38,424 nucleotides of DNA from Nitrospinota bacterium (GTDB taxonomy: Bacteria > UBA8248). A program made the translations under genes and the position numbers. The first letter of the stretch is position 1, and each line of letters begins with the position of its first letter. Under the pieces are notes generated by a model. The model searched no databases and had not been told where the DNA came from. It saw only the letters and a program-made list of their open reading frames with translations. Location: NCBI GenBank assembly GCA_046581755.1, contig JAYGFR010000400.1, positions 1-38,424 on the forward strand, in the 5' to 3' direction. Shown piece by piece: positions 1-10,193 of the stretch.

Positions 1-187
1 GGTATTAAGATTGTATAAACATTTTACATGCGGATTCAAATTGGTTTTTTTCCCGAACCCGGAGAAGGGCCGGTTATGAATCTTCGGGCGGATGCGGGCA
101 CAGAAAAAAGAATAGGCGCCCGGAATATCCGATTCCCCGGCATGTGGCGATGAATTCGAATAGTCTCCGGCGAAAGGAAATTGTGCG

Positions 188-1411
188 ATGGATTTTACGC
201 TAAATGAGCGCGATCGGCGCTACCGGGCGGTCCGGGAGAACATGAAAAAACAGGGCGTCGATGCCCTCGTCGTATTCGGGAACACCAGCGTCGGCGGCCA
301 ATGGAACGGCAATTTCACCTACCTGTCGGATTATTGCCTGATATTCGCCACTGCGGTGATTTTCTTCCCGCTCGAAGGCGAGCCCGTGATGTTCGTTCCG
401 GGGGAAAACCAGCTTCTGGACGCCAGGCACGCCGGGTGGATCGAGGACATGCGCCTGACCGGAACGCCGGTGCCGGAATTATGCGGTTATCTGAGGGACC
501 ATGAGGCCTCCCGGGGAAAGATCGGAGTTTCCAGCCTGACGGCCATGCCGTCCGGGGCCATGGAGCATCTGCGATCGGAGTTGCCGAACGCGGCTTTCAT
601 TGAAGCCTCCTCGGCCGTATTCGATGCGCGCGAACGCAAGAGCGGCGAAGAGCTGGAGGCGGCCCGGCGCGGCGGCCGGGTGGCCGATCTGGGCTGGAAG
701 CGCTCGCTCGAAATTCTCCGGCCCGGAATGAGCGAGCTGGAGTGGCGGGCCGAGATCGAACGGGTCATGACGGCCGAGGGCGCGGACGGTTACTTCAACA
801 TGCTGGGCGCCGGACGCCCCGCCGGGGAGGAAGACCTATTTCGAGGTTTCGTCGTTTCTCCGACGGCGCGCACTTTTCAAAAGGGCGATTTGGCCCTGCT
901 GGAGATCACCCCCCGCGTCGAGGGGTATTGGAACCAGGTGGTGCGCCTCGTTTCCTTGGGCGAGCCGCCCGAGGATATCCAAAAAGCCCACGATGCCTGC
1001 CTGGCCGCAAAGCGAAGCGCGCTCGAGCGCCTAAAGCCGGGCGAGACCTTCACCGCGGTGGCCGAGGCCATCGGCGGGACCCTGGAGAAACACGGTTATT
1101 CCATGAAAGGAGTCGGCAGCGTCCATACGACCGGCCTCGATCTGAGCGAGTCCACCATGAACCTGGACAACGAGCGGAAAATCGAGCCGGGGCTCCTTGT
1201 CACCCTCCATCCGATGATGGCCACCGGAGATTGGCGCCAGCTCTTCGTGGGGGAGTCCTACTTTTTGCACGAGGACCGTCTTGAGCGGCTAAACCACTGC
1301 GACGAGGAGATCGCCGTACTGGGCGGTGAGCCTCCGGCGCCGCTGGGCGGGGAGGCAAATTTGTCAGCGCACCGGAAAACCTGCACGCCGGATCGGAGGA
1401 GCGAATGGTAA
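188..1411 (+). CDS. M24 (Xaa-Pro peptidase/creatinase) family hydrolase with non-canonical metal ligands
   Basis: Creatinase-type N-terminus (RRYRAVRENMKKQGVDALVV), 'RERKSGEELE', 'LRPGMSELE', 'HTTGLD'. The last ~27 aa look like read-through; an out-of-frame TGA at 1327-1329 may be the original stop. Confidence 0.85.
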   Translation: MDFTLNERDRRYRAVRENMKKQGVDALVVFGNTSVGGQWNGNFTYLSDYCLIFATAVIFFPLEGEPVMFVPGENQLLDARHAGWIEDMRLTGTPVPELCGYLRDHEASRGKIGVSSLTAMPSGAMEHLRSELPNAAFIEASSAVFDARERKSGEELEAARRGGRVADLGWKRSLEILRPGMSELEWRAEIERVMTAEGADGYFNMLGAGRPAGEEDLFRGFVVSPTARTFQKGDLALLEITPRVEGYWNQVVRLVSLGEPPEDIQKAHDACLAAKRSALERLKPGETFTAVAEAIGGTLEKHGYSMKGVGSVHTTGLDLSESTMNLDNERKIEPGLLVTLHPMMATGDWRQLFVGESYFLHEDRLERLNHCDEEIAVLGGEPPAPLGGEANLSAHRKTCTPDRRSEW

Positions 1412-2650
1412 TCGACGCACAATTCACACAAGAAGAGATCGCCCTGCAAAACTGGCCCATGAATTCGCGGTAAAGGAATCCACCCCATCGCTATGGAGCT
1501 GGATCATCAAACCGATCCCGCCCGGAGCGCCTATATGGATTCGCTTCTGGAGAAGGCCGACGCGGCGGGATTCCGGACGATGACCATTCCCGAAGAGTAT
1601 GGCGGCGGCGGAATTGAAAGCCTGTTCACCCACTGCGTCGTGGGCGAGGAACTGGGCTGGGGCGACCGGGGTGTTGTGGGGATGCTCCTCTCCTGCGCGA
1701 AAATCACCCACCTTCTGATGGCGGGCGCCCTGGCGACATACGAGCAGCGCGAAAAGTGGCTGCGGGCCTATGTCGATGACCCGACCTTCCTCATCTCCCA
1801 GGCGATGACCGAGGACGACACGGGCTCGGAGAACCTTTTGCCCTACGATGGGGTGGACGGCGGATTCCGCACGCGGGCCGTCCGCGAGGGGGACGTTTAC
1901 ATCGTCAACGGCCGGAAGCGTTTTATCTCGAACGTCGGCTACGCCAAGCTCAATTTTGTGTATGTCCGCACCGACCCTTCCAAGAACATCCTCGAGGGAT
2001 CGACCCTTCTCATGGTGCCCATCGACACGCCGGGCGTCTCCTTTGGCCGGGTGTACGACAAGATGGGCTACCGGCTCGACCTGAACCGGGAGATGATCTT
2101 CGAGGACGCCAGGGTCCCCGTCGCCAACCGCCTTGGTCCCGAAAACTACGGGATCGTGAACATCAACAGCCATCTCCGCGGCGGTGACAGCCTCATCAAC
2201 GCGGCGGCGATGGTCGGGCTCGCCCGGGCGGCCTACGAGGCCTCGGTCGAGTATGCGAGCAACCGCCGGGCGAGCGGGGCGCTCCTCATCCATCACTAGG
2301 CCATCGGATTGAAGCTGGTCAAGATGTACACCCAGATCAACGCGGCGCGGGCCTATGTATGGCAGGCGGCCCGCCAGATCGACAACCGCGCCCGGATTCC
2401 CGTCGATCCGAAAATGGCGGGTTCCGCAAGCTACTTCGCCCACGAAGCGGCCTGCGATGTGACGCGGGCGGCGATGGAGATTCACGGCGGCATGGGCGTC
2501 ATGCGCGAGCTTCCGGTCGAGATGTACCTGCGCAACGCCTACAACATGCTTCAAAGCGACGGCGGCATCATCATGAAAAAGCTCAAGGTGATGTGCCAGA
2601 TGGGCATGAACGTCCATTCGATGAACGGTGTCGAAAAAGTTTCCGTCTAG
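1405..2650 (+). pseudogene. Acyl-CoA dehydrogenase family gene, disrupted (2 frameshifts + internal TAG)
   Basis: GGAGGAG RBS then ATG at 1405 (MVIDAQFTQEEIALQ). Frame changes at ~1448-1451 (KLAHEFAVKE) and ~1477 (HPIAMELD). Motifs IPEEYGGGG, NGRKRFISN, KMGYR. TAG at 2297-2299 in HH*AIGLKL; continues to EIHGGMG...EMYLR. Confidence 0.88.
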
Positions 2651-2787
2651 CGCGGCGGGGCTTGGCGGGGAAATATTTTTGCCGGCGGCGGGAAGATTTC
2701 TTGCTTCCGTCCCACCTTTTGGGGGATGATTCTCCTCTCCGGTTTTCCGGTCGGGCTGGCCGGTCATAGATGATTTGGGAGTGCGAG

Positions 2788-3075
2788 ATGTCTTCTTACT
2801 GCCTCAATAGGCTGGTTCACGAAATCCAATTTCCCGAAAAGCGCGCGCGCTTCGATGCTGACCCCGAAAAATTCCTTGCCGGATTCGACCTCACCCCGGA
2901 GGAGCTCGCGGCGGTGCGCGAGAGGGATGTCCGCGCCCTTTGGCTCAAGGGCGTCAATCCCTACCTCCTCCGCGTCTACCAGATTTGGACCCGGATCGGG
3001 GATGACGATTACCGGGCCGCCCTCGAGGGATTGTCCTTCTACGATTTCAATGAGGAGGGGGACAGCCGTGGCTGA
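2788..3075 (+). CDS. LigA-like small subunit of an extradiol ring-cleavage dioxygenase
   Basis: 'RARFDADPEKFLAGFDLTPEELAAVRERDVRALWLKGVNPYLL' matches the LigA pattern; overlaps the start of the LigB-like gene. Confidence 0.8.
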   Translation: MSSYCLNRLVHEIQFPEKRARFDADPEKFLAGFDLTPEELAAVRERDVRALWLKGVNPYLLRVYQIWTRIGDDDYRAALEGLSFYDFNEEGDSRG

Positions 3076-3901
3076 GATTGTCGCCGTATTCGCTGCCACC
3101 CACACGCCGCTTTTTCTTTTGCGGAGAAACGATCCCGCGCAAGATGTCCAGGATGAAGTTTTCTCCTGCTACGAGGGGATTGGAAAGGCGATGATCGATC
3201 GGGGTGCCGAGGCCCTCGTCATCTTTGGAAACGATCATCTCCATGCCTTTTTCCTGGATCGGTACCCCTCGCTGGCGGTGGGCGTGCAGCCGGCGTATCG
3301 CAACGTGACCAGCGAGGCCTACATGCCCGAGGTGGAGGGCGGCCGGCCGGGAGACGAGAAGCTGGGGCGCTACCTGGTGAAAGCGCTTCTGGACGGCGAT
3401 TTCGACCCAACCGTTTGCCAGGAAATCGGCATCGATCATTCCCTGGTCTCTCCGCTTTACCTGATGGGCGACCCGGCCATTCCCATGGTGCCGATTCTGC
3501 AGAATACCGTCGCCCCGCCCCTGCCCCCCGCCCGCCGGTCCTACCAACTGGGGATTACCGTCCGGCGCGCCCTGGAGGCCTATAGCGGGGCCGACCGGGT
3601 GGCCGTCCTGGCCACGGGCGGCCCTTCCCACTGGATTGGCACCCCCGAGCTGGGCCGCATCGACGAGGAGTGGGACGGAAAAGTGATCGATCTGCTCCGG
3701 GAGGGAAACCCAAGGCGTCTTTCGGAATGGAGTCAAAAAGAGATCGACGCCGGTGGAAACGGCGGAAACGAGATTCGGGCCTGGCTCTCCGCCGCCGCCC
3801 TGGCGGGCGGGACTCCGGCGGACCTTTTGGTGTACCGCCCCGAACCGCTCTGGTTCCTGGGCGTGACGGCCCTGGAGTGGAAAGTGGGGCCTGCCCTCTA
3901 G
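3068..3901 (+). CDS. Class III extradiol dioxygenase catalytic subunit (LigB/MhpB family)
   Basis: GTG start after GAGGAGG. Motifs AATHTP, GNDH..FF, DHS..PL, TGGPSHW, GNEIRAW contain the His/His/Glu iron ligands. Confidence 0.88.
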   Translation: MAEIVAVFAATHTPLFLLRRNDPAQDVQDEVFSCYEGIGKAMIDRGAEALVIFGNDHLHAFFLDRYPSLAVGVQPAYRNVTSEAYMPEVEGGRPGDEKLGRYLVKALLDGDFDPTVCQEIGIDHSLVSPLYLMGDPAIPMVPILQNTVAPPLPPARRSYQLGITVRRALEAYSGADRVAVLATGGPSHWIGTPELGRIDEEWDGKVIDLLREGNPRRLSEWSQKEIDAGGNGGNEIRAWLSAAALAGGTPADLLVYRPEPLWFLGVTALEWKVGPAL

Positions 3902-6170
3902 GAAGGTTTCCTCTTCCGATATCCCCGCCATCGCGCGCAGGACGGATTCGGGCGTGGCGGGGAGGTCGGTGATTTCCGCCCCGATGGCGTCGCACAGGGC
4001 GTTCACGACGGCCGGCGCCGTCGGGTTCACGGAAGGCTCCGCCACCCCCTTGATGCCGAATGGCCCTCTCGGCTCATGGGCCTGAACGATGATGGATGTC
4101 ATCCGCTCCGGGCTGTCGATCGGGGTCGGGATGAGGTAGTCCATGAAATAGGGGTTCTGGGCCCTGCCCTCTTTCATCTGGATGATTTCCATCAATCCCA
4201 ATCCGTAGCCCATGCTGGCGCCGCCCTCGATTTGCCCCTCCACGTTCATCGGATTGATGGCCCGGCCCACGTCGTGCGCCGCCACAAGGGGGAGGACGCG
4301 GTATTCGCCTGTCTCTATTCCACCTCGACCTCGGCGCACTGGGTGGCGAAGACGTAGCACTCGAACCCCTTGCCCTGGTGGGTGCCTTGTCCACCCCGAT
4401 GTCGGTCGAATGGTGCTTCCCCTCGCTCACGACCAGTTCGTATGCCTTGTGGCAGGCGAGCGCCACCTCGGAGAGAGGGATTCTCCGTTCGGGGGCGGCG
4501 GCGACGAAAACTTCGCCGTTTCTGATCCTGAGGTCCTCCGGTGGGGCTTCGATCATCCCGGCGGCCTTTTCGAGAAGCTGCTCCTTCACCTTCCCGACGG
4601 CGATCTGGACCGCCTTTCCACCGAGGTGGGCGATGCGGCTTCCGGTGGAGCCCGGATCGAAGGGCGAGACCGAGGTATCGCCGTTGATGAGGCTGACGTG
4701 TTCGAGGGGAATCTCGAGTTCCTCGGCGGCGACCTGGCGGAGGATAATGTTGGCCCCCTGGCCGACATCGACGATCCCGGTGATGACGGTCAGGGTGGCG
4801 TCCTCGTTCACGCGGGCGAAAACGGCGCTCGGGGTGGCCTTGCCGAAGCCCGCGACCGGGTAGATCATGGCCGCCATCCCCCGGCCCCGCCTCTTCGTTC
4901 CGCAAGGGGATTTCTTCCCGCGTCCGATGGTGTCCCAGCCCACCGCCCGGGTGGCCTTGTCCATCGTCTCGGCGAGGCCGCAGCTCGTGATGGGGTCTCC
5001 GCTGTGGGAGGGGTCGCCCGTTTTCATGGCGTTGCGCCGGCGCAGTTCGAGCGGGTCCATGTTCAGCCTGCGGGCGATGAGGTCCATGTGGCGCTCGCAG
5101 GCGTATGTCGTCTGGGTCGCGCCGAAACCCCGGACCGCTCCCGCAAAGCCGTTGTTGGTGTAGGTGAGCGCGAATTCCGCCAACACGTTTTCGATGCGAT
5201 AGGGGCCCGGCCCCATGAGGGCGGCCTTGGCGGCGACCCCGCCGTTCAGGAGAAGCTTGATCTGGACCGCCGTGATTTTTCCCTCGCGCGTTACACCGGT
5301 TTTGTAGTCCATCGTAAAGGGATGGCGGACCGTCGAGCCGGTGAACTCCTCCTCGCGCGACATGCGGAACTTCACGGGCCGCCGGGTCCGCAAGGCGCAG
5401 AGCGAGGCGAGGGATTCGAGCATGATTTCGTGTTTTCCCCCGAAGGCGCCGCCCGCCGTGCTGCTCAAGACCCGGACCTTGGTGATGGGCATGCGGAGCA
5501 CCTTGGCCAGATCCGCGCGAATGCGGAAGGGCGTCTGGGAGGAGACGTGGACGATGAGCGTGCCGGAGGATTCCATCTCGGCCATGCAGATATGCGTTTC
5601 GATCGAGGCGTGTTCCTGGGTTTGGGACTGGTAGCACTGCTCGACGATAATATCTGCCTCGGCGAAACCGGCCGCAACGTCCCCCTTGATCACTTTTTCC
5701 TCCGTGACCAGGTTCCCGGTGGGGTGGGATTCATGGACGAGGGGGCTCCCCTCGAGGAGGGCCTCCTCGGCGGTGAAGACGGCCGGGAGGTCTTCGTAGT
5801 CGATCCGGACGAGGCGGGCGGCATCCTCGGCGGCCTCCCAGCTTTCCGCGCACAGCGCCACGACCGGGTCTCCCTCGTAGCGGACCTTGTCCGTGCATAG
5901 GACGGTCTGATCCGGAAGGGAGGGCCCGTAGGAGTTGTTCGGAACATCGCTGGCCGTCAAAACGCAGGCGACCCCCTTGGCGCGGGCGGCCCGGCGGGTG
6001 TCAATGCCGAGGATGCGGGCGTGCGGCCTGCCAGCCCGGACCACGGCGCCGTACAGGAGCTTTCTTTTCGGCTCAAGGTCTTCCACAAACAGGGAGTCTC
6101 CCGCGACCATGTCGCTGCCGTCATCGCGGGCATATCTTTTTCCGAGAATATCGAAGGGGTCCAATGTCAT
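3898..6170 (-). pseudogene. Xanthine dehydrogenase/aldehyde oxidoreductase family molybdopterin-binding subunit, disrupted
   Basis: Motifs HARILGIDT, KVRYEGDPVV, GGAFGGK, RGFGATQ, DVGQG, AHDVGRAINP..VEGQIEGG, KGVAEP. Three reading frames are needed (shifts at ~4385 and ~4318). About 8 aa are missing at ~5238. The natural stop is not in frame; the 3' end is taken at CTAG 3898-3901. Confidence 0.85.
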
Positions 6171-6592
6171 GATCTCCAGGGTTCCCGATGAAAAAATTTC
6201 ACCTGATAAAAAGAGAATAGAACATCCGAATAAGCGCTGAATCCGATTCAACCCTCAAATGGTGCATATCTAAATCAAACCAGCGGGAATTCGGCAGGGG
6301 CCGAGTAAAGAATTTGATTTCAAATGGTTATATTTCGGATGTGAGCCCCGGCCGATCCGGGCTGCGAAAATTGTTTCGGGTCTTTTTCACGGAGTATCCG
6401 CTCGCCGGCGCGGGGGAAATGGAATGTGGCGGGGCGCCTCCCGCCGGGAGCGGGCGGCGGGGAGGCGGCGAATCGATCCAGGGCGTGAGCGCCTGCGCAT
6501 TTTCGTCTAAAGTATCTTTCCATCCGGTTTTATTTTCCGGTTCGCCTTGGTGGCGGGCCAAAGAATTAGGGTTCGATGGAAGGAGACATCCG

Positions 6593-6970
6593 ATGGTTGA
6601 GGATGGCGCAAGCAAGGACGATCGGCCCGGGCGGCCTCCGTTTATTCCGGGCACCCCCGAGAAATTCGACGCCGTCACCGCCGCGCCGGAAAACCACGAG
6701 GTGGTATTCGAAAACGACAAGGTCCGGGTGGTCAAAGTGGTCGTCCGGCCGGGCGAGCTCGAAAACATGCACACCCACCGTTGGCCGAGCGTATTTCTCG
6801 TCAGCAGCTTTCCGGACCTGAATTACTTCACCCAGGACGGCACTTCCACTCCGCGCACCGGCGGCCGGAGGGAGGGGGTGCCGGCCTGGATAGAGCCCGA
6901 GGGAATTCACGCCGTCGAGAATATCGATGACCGCCCCTTCGAGGGCATTCGAATCGAATTGAAGGAGTGA
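6593..6970 (+). CDS. Cupin domain protein
   Basis: AAGGAG RBS; 'DAVTAAPENHEVVFENDKVRV...PGE....HTH...GIHAVEN'. Confidence 0.85.
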   Translation: MVEDGASKDDRPGRPPFIPGTPEKFDAVTAAPENHEVVFENDKVRVVKVVVRPGELENMHTHRWPSVFLVSSFPDLNYFTQDGTSTPRTGGRREGVPAWIEPEGIHAVENIDDRPFEGIRIELKE

Positions 6971-6978
6971 GGAGAAAC

Positions 6979-7335
6979 ATGGATTTATTTGACCTGGGTA
7001 ATCCCGATTTTGAGGTTCTGGGCGGACGGAAGCGGATGATCGTCCAGGGACAGGAGGCTGAGTTCGCGATGGTCCAGCGTGAGCCGGGCGCCGCGGACGG
7101 ACACAGCCATCCCAACGAGCAATTCGTTTTCTTCTTGGAGGGCGATGCCGAGTTTCACGTCGGCGATGAGCGCCGGGACGTGGGGCCCGGAATGCTGCTT
7201 CATATCCCCAAGGATGTGCCTCACGGCATCTCCCCGAAAACCAAGATCCGCTACGTGACGGTGTATATCCCGCCCCGTGCGCCTTCGCTCAAGGCCGCCG
7301 AGGCGGGAGAGAAGGGCCATATCCTGGCGCGGTGA
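6979..7335 (+). CDS. Cupin domain protein
   Basis: GAGGAG RBS; HSHPNEQ and IPKDVPHG cupin motifs. Confidence 0.88.
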   Translation: MDLFDLGNPDFEVLGGRKRMIVQGQEAEFAMVQREPGAADGHSHPNEQFVFFLEGDAEFHVGDERRDVGPGMLLHIPKDVPHGISPKTKIRYVTVYIPPRAPSLKAAEAGEKGHILAR

Positions 7336-7396
7336 GTTTTCTCCGCCGCACGAGGCGGCATTCCATTAAGTCTTGACCGGAAAGGAACCAAAAAAT

Positions 7397-8851
7397 ATGG
7401 AGCCAATGAATCTGCTCGTTATCATGGGGGACGAGCACAGCAACAAGGCGCTGGGTTGCTACGGCCACCCCCTTGTGAAAACGCCGGCCCTCGATCGGCT
7501 GGCCGCGGGGGGCGCCCGGTTCGAAAACGCCTACACGAACTCCCCGATTTGCACGTCGGCGCGGGCCGGGTTTGCGACGGGCCGCTATATCCACGAGATC
7601 GGAAGCTGGGACAACGCCTGCCCCTACACGGGGGAGGTGCCCGGCTGGGGCCACCGCCTCCAGGCCAACGGAAACCCCGTCATCTCGATCGGAAAACTCC
7701 ACTACCGCAACGCCACCGACCCGACGGGATTCGATGAGCAGATTCTGCCCATGCACGTCCGGGATGGCGTGGGCAGCCTGACGGGCTCGATTCGCGATAA
7801 ACTCCCTGTCCAGAAGGCCTCGAAGCTGGCCGGGGAGATCGGACCGGGGGAGACGAGCTACTCGAACTACGACCTCGACATCACCGAAACATCCTGCCAT
7901 TGGCTCGAACACGACGCCCCGAATGGCGCGGGTCGGCCCTGGATGACGTTCGTGTCGATGGTGAGCCCGCATTTTCCCCTGAAGGCGCCGGCGGAATTTT
8001 TCGAGATGTATCCGCTGGATCGGATTCCACTGCCCAAGTCCCACGCCATGGACGGCCGTCCCCGGCATCCCTGGATCGAGGCGTTCCGAGAGGCCGTGCC
8101 CTCGGACGACTACTTCGACGATGAAAAGCGGCGCATCGCCATCGCCGCCTATTTCGGCCTATGCACCTTCCTCGACCGCAATATAGGGGGCGTCCTCGAG
8201 AGTCTGGAAAAATCCGGTCTCGCCGAATCCACCCGCGTTATCTACCTCTCCGATCACGGAGAAAATCTGGGGGCCCGGGGAACCTGGGGCAAGGGGACGA
8301 TGTACGAAGAGTCGGCCGCCGTTCCCCTCATCATGTCGGGCCCCGGCATTCCCGCCGGAAAGGTGGTGTCCACCCCGGTCTCACTCGTGGATATTTATCC
8401 GACAATTCTGGAGGCCGCCGGCGTCGAGCCCGGCGCAGATGACGCCGCCCTGCCGGGGAGTTCGCTTTTCGGCATCGCGGTCCGCGAGGACGATGGCCAA
8501 CGAGCCGTTTTCAGCGAATACCACGCCTCGGGTGCCGAGACGGCCTCCTACATGCTTCGCAACGGCCGCTTCAAGTACATCCATTATGTCGATTTCCCGC
8601 CCGAGCTATTCGATCTGGAGGCCGATCCGGAAGAGCTAAACGATCTCGCCCAGAGCCCGGAGCATGGCCCGATTCTGCGGGAGATGGAGGCGAGTCTTCG
8701 CGGGCTCGTGAATCCGGAGGAGGTAGACCGGATCGCCAAACGGGATCAGGCGGCCCTGATCGAGCGCCACGGCGGGCGCGAGGCTGTGCTCAATATGGGT
8801 ATTTCTGGAGCCACGCCCACTCCCGGAAATTACGCCGACGACGACTATTAG
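7397..8851 (+). CDS. Sulfatase-like hydrolase (choline-sulfatase-like)
   Basis: NLLVIMGDEH, TPALDRLA, SPICTSARAGFATG, GKLH, SPHFP, SDHGE, WGKGTMYEES, ELFDLEADPEE. Confidence 0.92.
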   Translation: MEPMNLLVIMGDEHSNKALGCYGHPLVKTPALDRLAAGGARFENAYTNSPICTSARAGFATGRYIHEIGSWDNACPYTGEVPGWGHRLQANGNPVISIGKLHYRNATDPTGFDEQILPMHVRDGVGSLTGSIRDKLPVQKASKLAGEIGPGETSYSNYDLDITETSCHWLEHDAPNGAGRPWMTFVSMVSPHFPLKAPAEFFEMYPLDRIPLPKSHAMDGRPRHPWIEAFREAVPSDDYFDDEKRRIAIAAYFGLCTFLDRNIGGVLESLEKSGLAESTRVIYLSDHGENLGARGTWGKGTMYEESAAVPLIMSGPGIPAGKVVSTPVSLVDIYPTILEAAGVEPGADDAALPGSSLFGIAVREDDGQRAVFSEYHASGAETASYMLRNGRFKYIHYVDFPPELFDLEADPEELNDLAQSPEHGPILREMEASLRGLVNPEEVDRIAKRDQAALIERHGGREAVLNMGISGATPTPGNYADDDY

Positions 8852-8884
8852 CCGGGCCGGCCGCGCTTGAGGGAGGAGGTTGCC

Positions 8885-10105
8885 GTGGAGAGTCCGAATT
8901 ATTTCTGGCCCCTGTTTTCCGATGAAGAATACCAAAGGCGCTACGACCTCATCCGCGCGGGGATGGTGGAAAAGGGCCTGGACTGCCTGCTTGTCTACGG
9001 CATCAGCCGGGGCATGGGCATGGAGCCCGGCCAGACGAACGTCGTCTACCTGACGAGCGTGGCCTCGTGGAGCCAAACCTACGTGATTTTTCCGCTGCAC
9101 GATGAACCGACGATGTTCATCATCAGCGGGAACCAGGTCAAAAACATCCGGACCATGTCGGCGATCAAGGATGTCCGCCCGGGCGGGTCGTTCACGCGCA
9201 CGGGCGGGCTCCGCGGTACGGCGGGCCCGGTGGCCGAACGGCTCAAGGAACTGGGCCTCGCCAAAAAGCACATCGGCATCGTGGGCGACTCGGGATGGCT
9301 GAACATCAACCTGCCCCACGATGCCCATATCCACATCACTGAAGCCCTGCCGGAGGCCTCGTTCGAGGTCCTCACCCAGTGGTACGAGAATCTCCGGCTG
9401 GTCAAGAGCGAGGAGGAGATCGCCCGCATGAGGCGGTCGGCGGCCATCACCGATGCCGTCTACGAGGTCATGGTGAACGCCACCCATCCGGGTGTCCGGC
9501 CCTGCGATCTGTATAAAATCATGAGCCACACCGCGCTGGACATGGACGCGAAGCTGACGCTGGGCCACGTGGGGCGCACCCCGATGAGCGACCCGGACAT
9601 GGATTATCCCCATTACTATCCGCTCACCACGCCCATCGAGATGGGCGATGTCGTCATGACGGAGGTGGCGGCGGGCATCGGCGGCTACTACGGCAAGATT
9701 TGGGGCACCTTTTTTGTCGGCGAGCCCACGCCGGGATACGAAAAAATGTTCGCCTTGGGCGTGAAGACCAGTCACGATCTCCATGCGGCCATCAAGCCGG
9801 GGGTCCGCGTCGGGGAGTTGACCTCACTTTGCCTGGATACCATCCAGGACGAAGGCTACAATGCAAAGACCAGCATCACCGGGTGGTCCACCTGGAACGA
9901 GCCGCCCGACGTGCGCGGCGCGGGGGACCATGTGACCGACTCCGATTTCGTCTTCCAGAAAAACACCTGCATCAGCGTGACGGGCTGGCCCTCCAACGCG
10001 GACGAATCCATGGGTATCTGGCTGGGGGATGTCTGCCTCGTGACGGATAATGGGGCCGAAAACCTGCACAAATACCCCATCCGGGCGATTCGCATCGTTA
10101 CCTGA
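8885..10105 (+). CDS. M24 family hydrolase with non-canonical metal ligands
   Basis: GGAGGAGG RBS and GTG start; 'FSDEEYQRRY', 'LRLVKSEEEI', 'IKPGV', C-terminal 'GDVCLVTDNGAENLH'. Confidence 0.85.
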   Translation: MESPNYFWPLFSDEEYQRRYDLIRAGMVEKGLDCLLVYGISRGMGMEPGQTNVVYLTSVASWSQTYVIFPLHDEPTMFIISGNQVKNIRTMSAIKDVRPGGSFTRTGGLRGTAGPVAERLKELGLAKKHIGIVGDSGWLNINLPHDAHIHITEALPEASFEVLTQWYENLRLVKSEEEIARMRRSAAITDAVYEVMVNATHPGVRPCDLYKIMSHTALDMDAKLTLGHVGRTPMSDPDMDYPHYYPLTTPIEMGDVVMTEVAAGIGGYYGKIWGTFFVGEPTPGYEKMFALGVKTSHDLHAAIKPGVRVGELTSLCLDTIQDEGYNAKTSITGWSTWNEPPDVRGAGDHVTDSDFVFQKNTCISVTGWPSNADESMGIWLGDVCLVTDNGAENLHKYPIRAIRIVT

Positions 10106-10193
10106 CCCCCGGCGGCGGGGACCGAAGCCGGGGGCCGGCGCGACCCCTCGAAAAACGCGGGAGGGCCTTCGCCCAGATCCGATCCCAAAATTC

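Noticed and set aside
2297..2299. In-frame TAG as possible pyrrolysine or stop-codon reassignment
   Set aside because: The position is normally Gln, the gene has two other lesions, and TAG is a normal stop in many genes here.
3047..3897. Long antisense overlap of ORF 3047-4360 with the ligB-like gene
   Set aside because: Family similarity ends near 3920; the rest is read-through on the GC-rich antisense strand.
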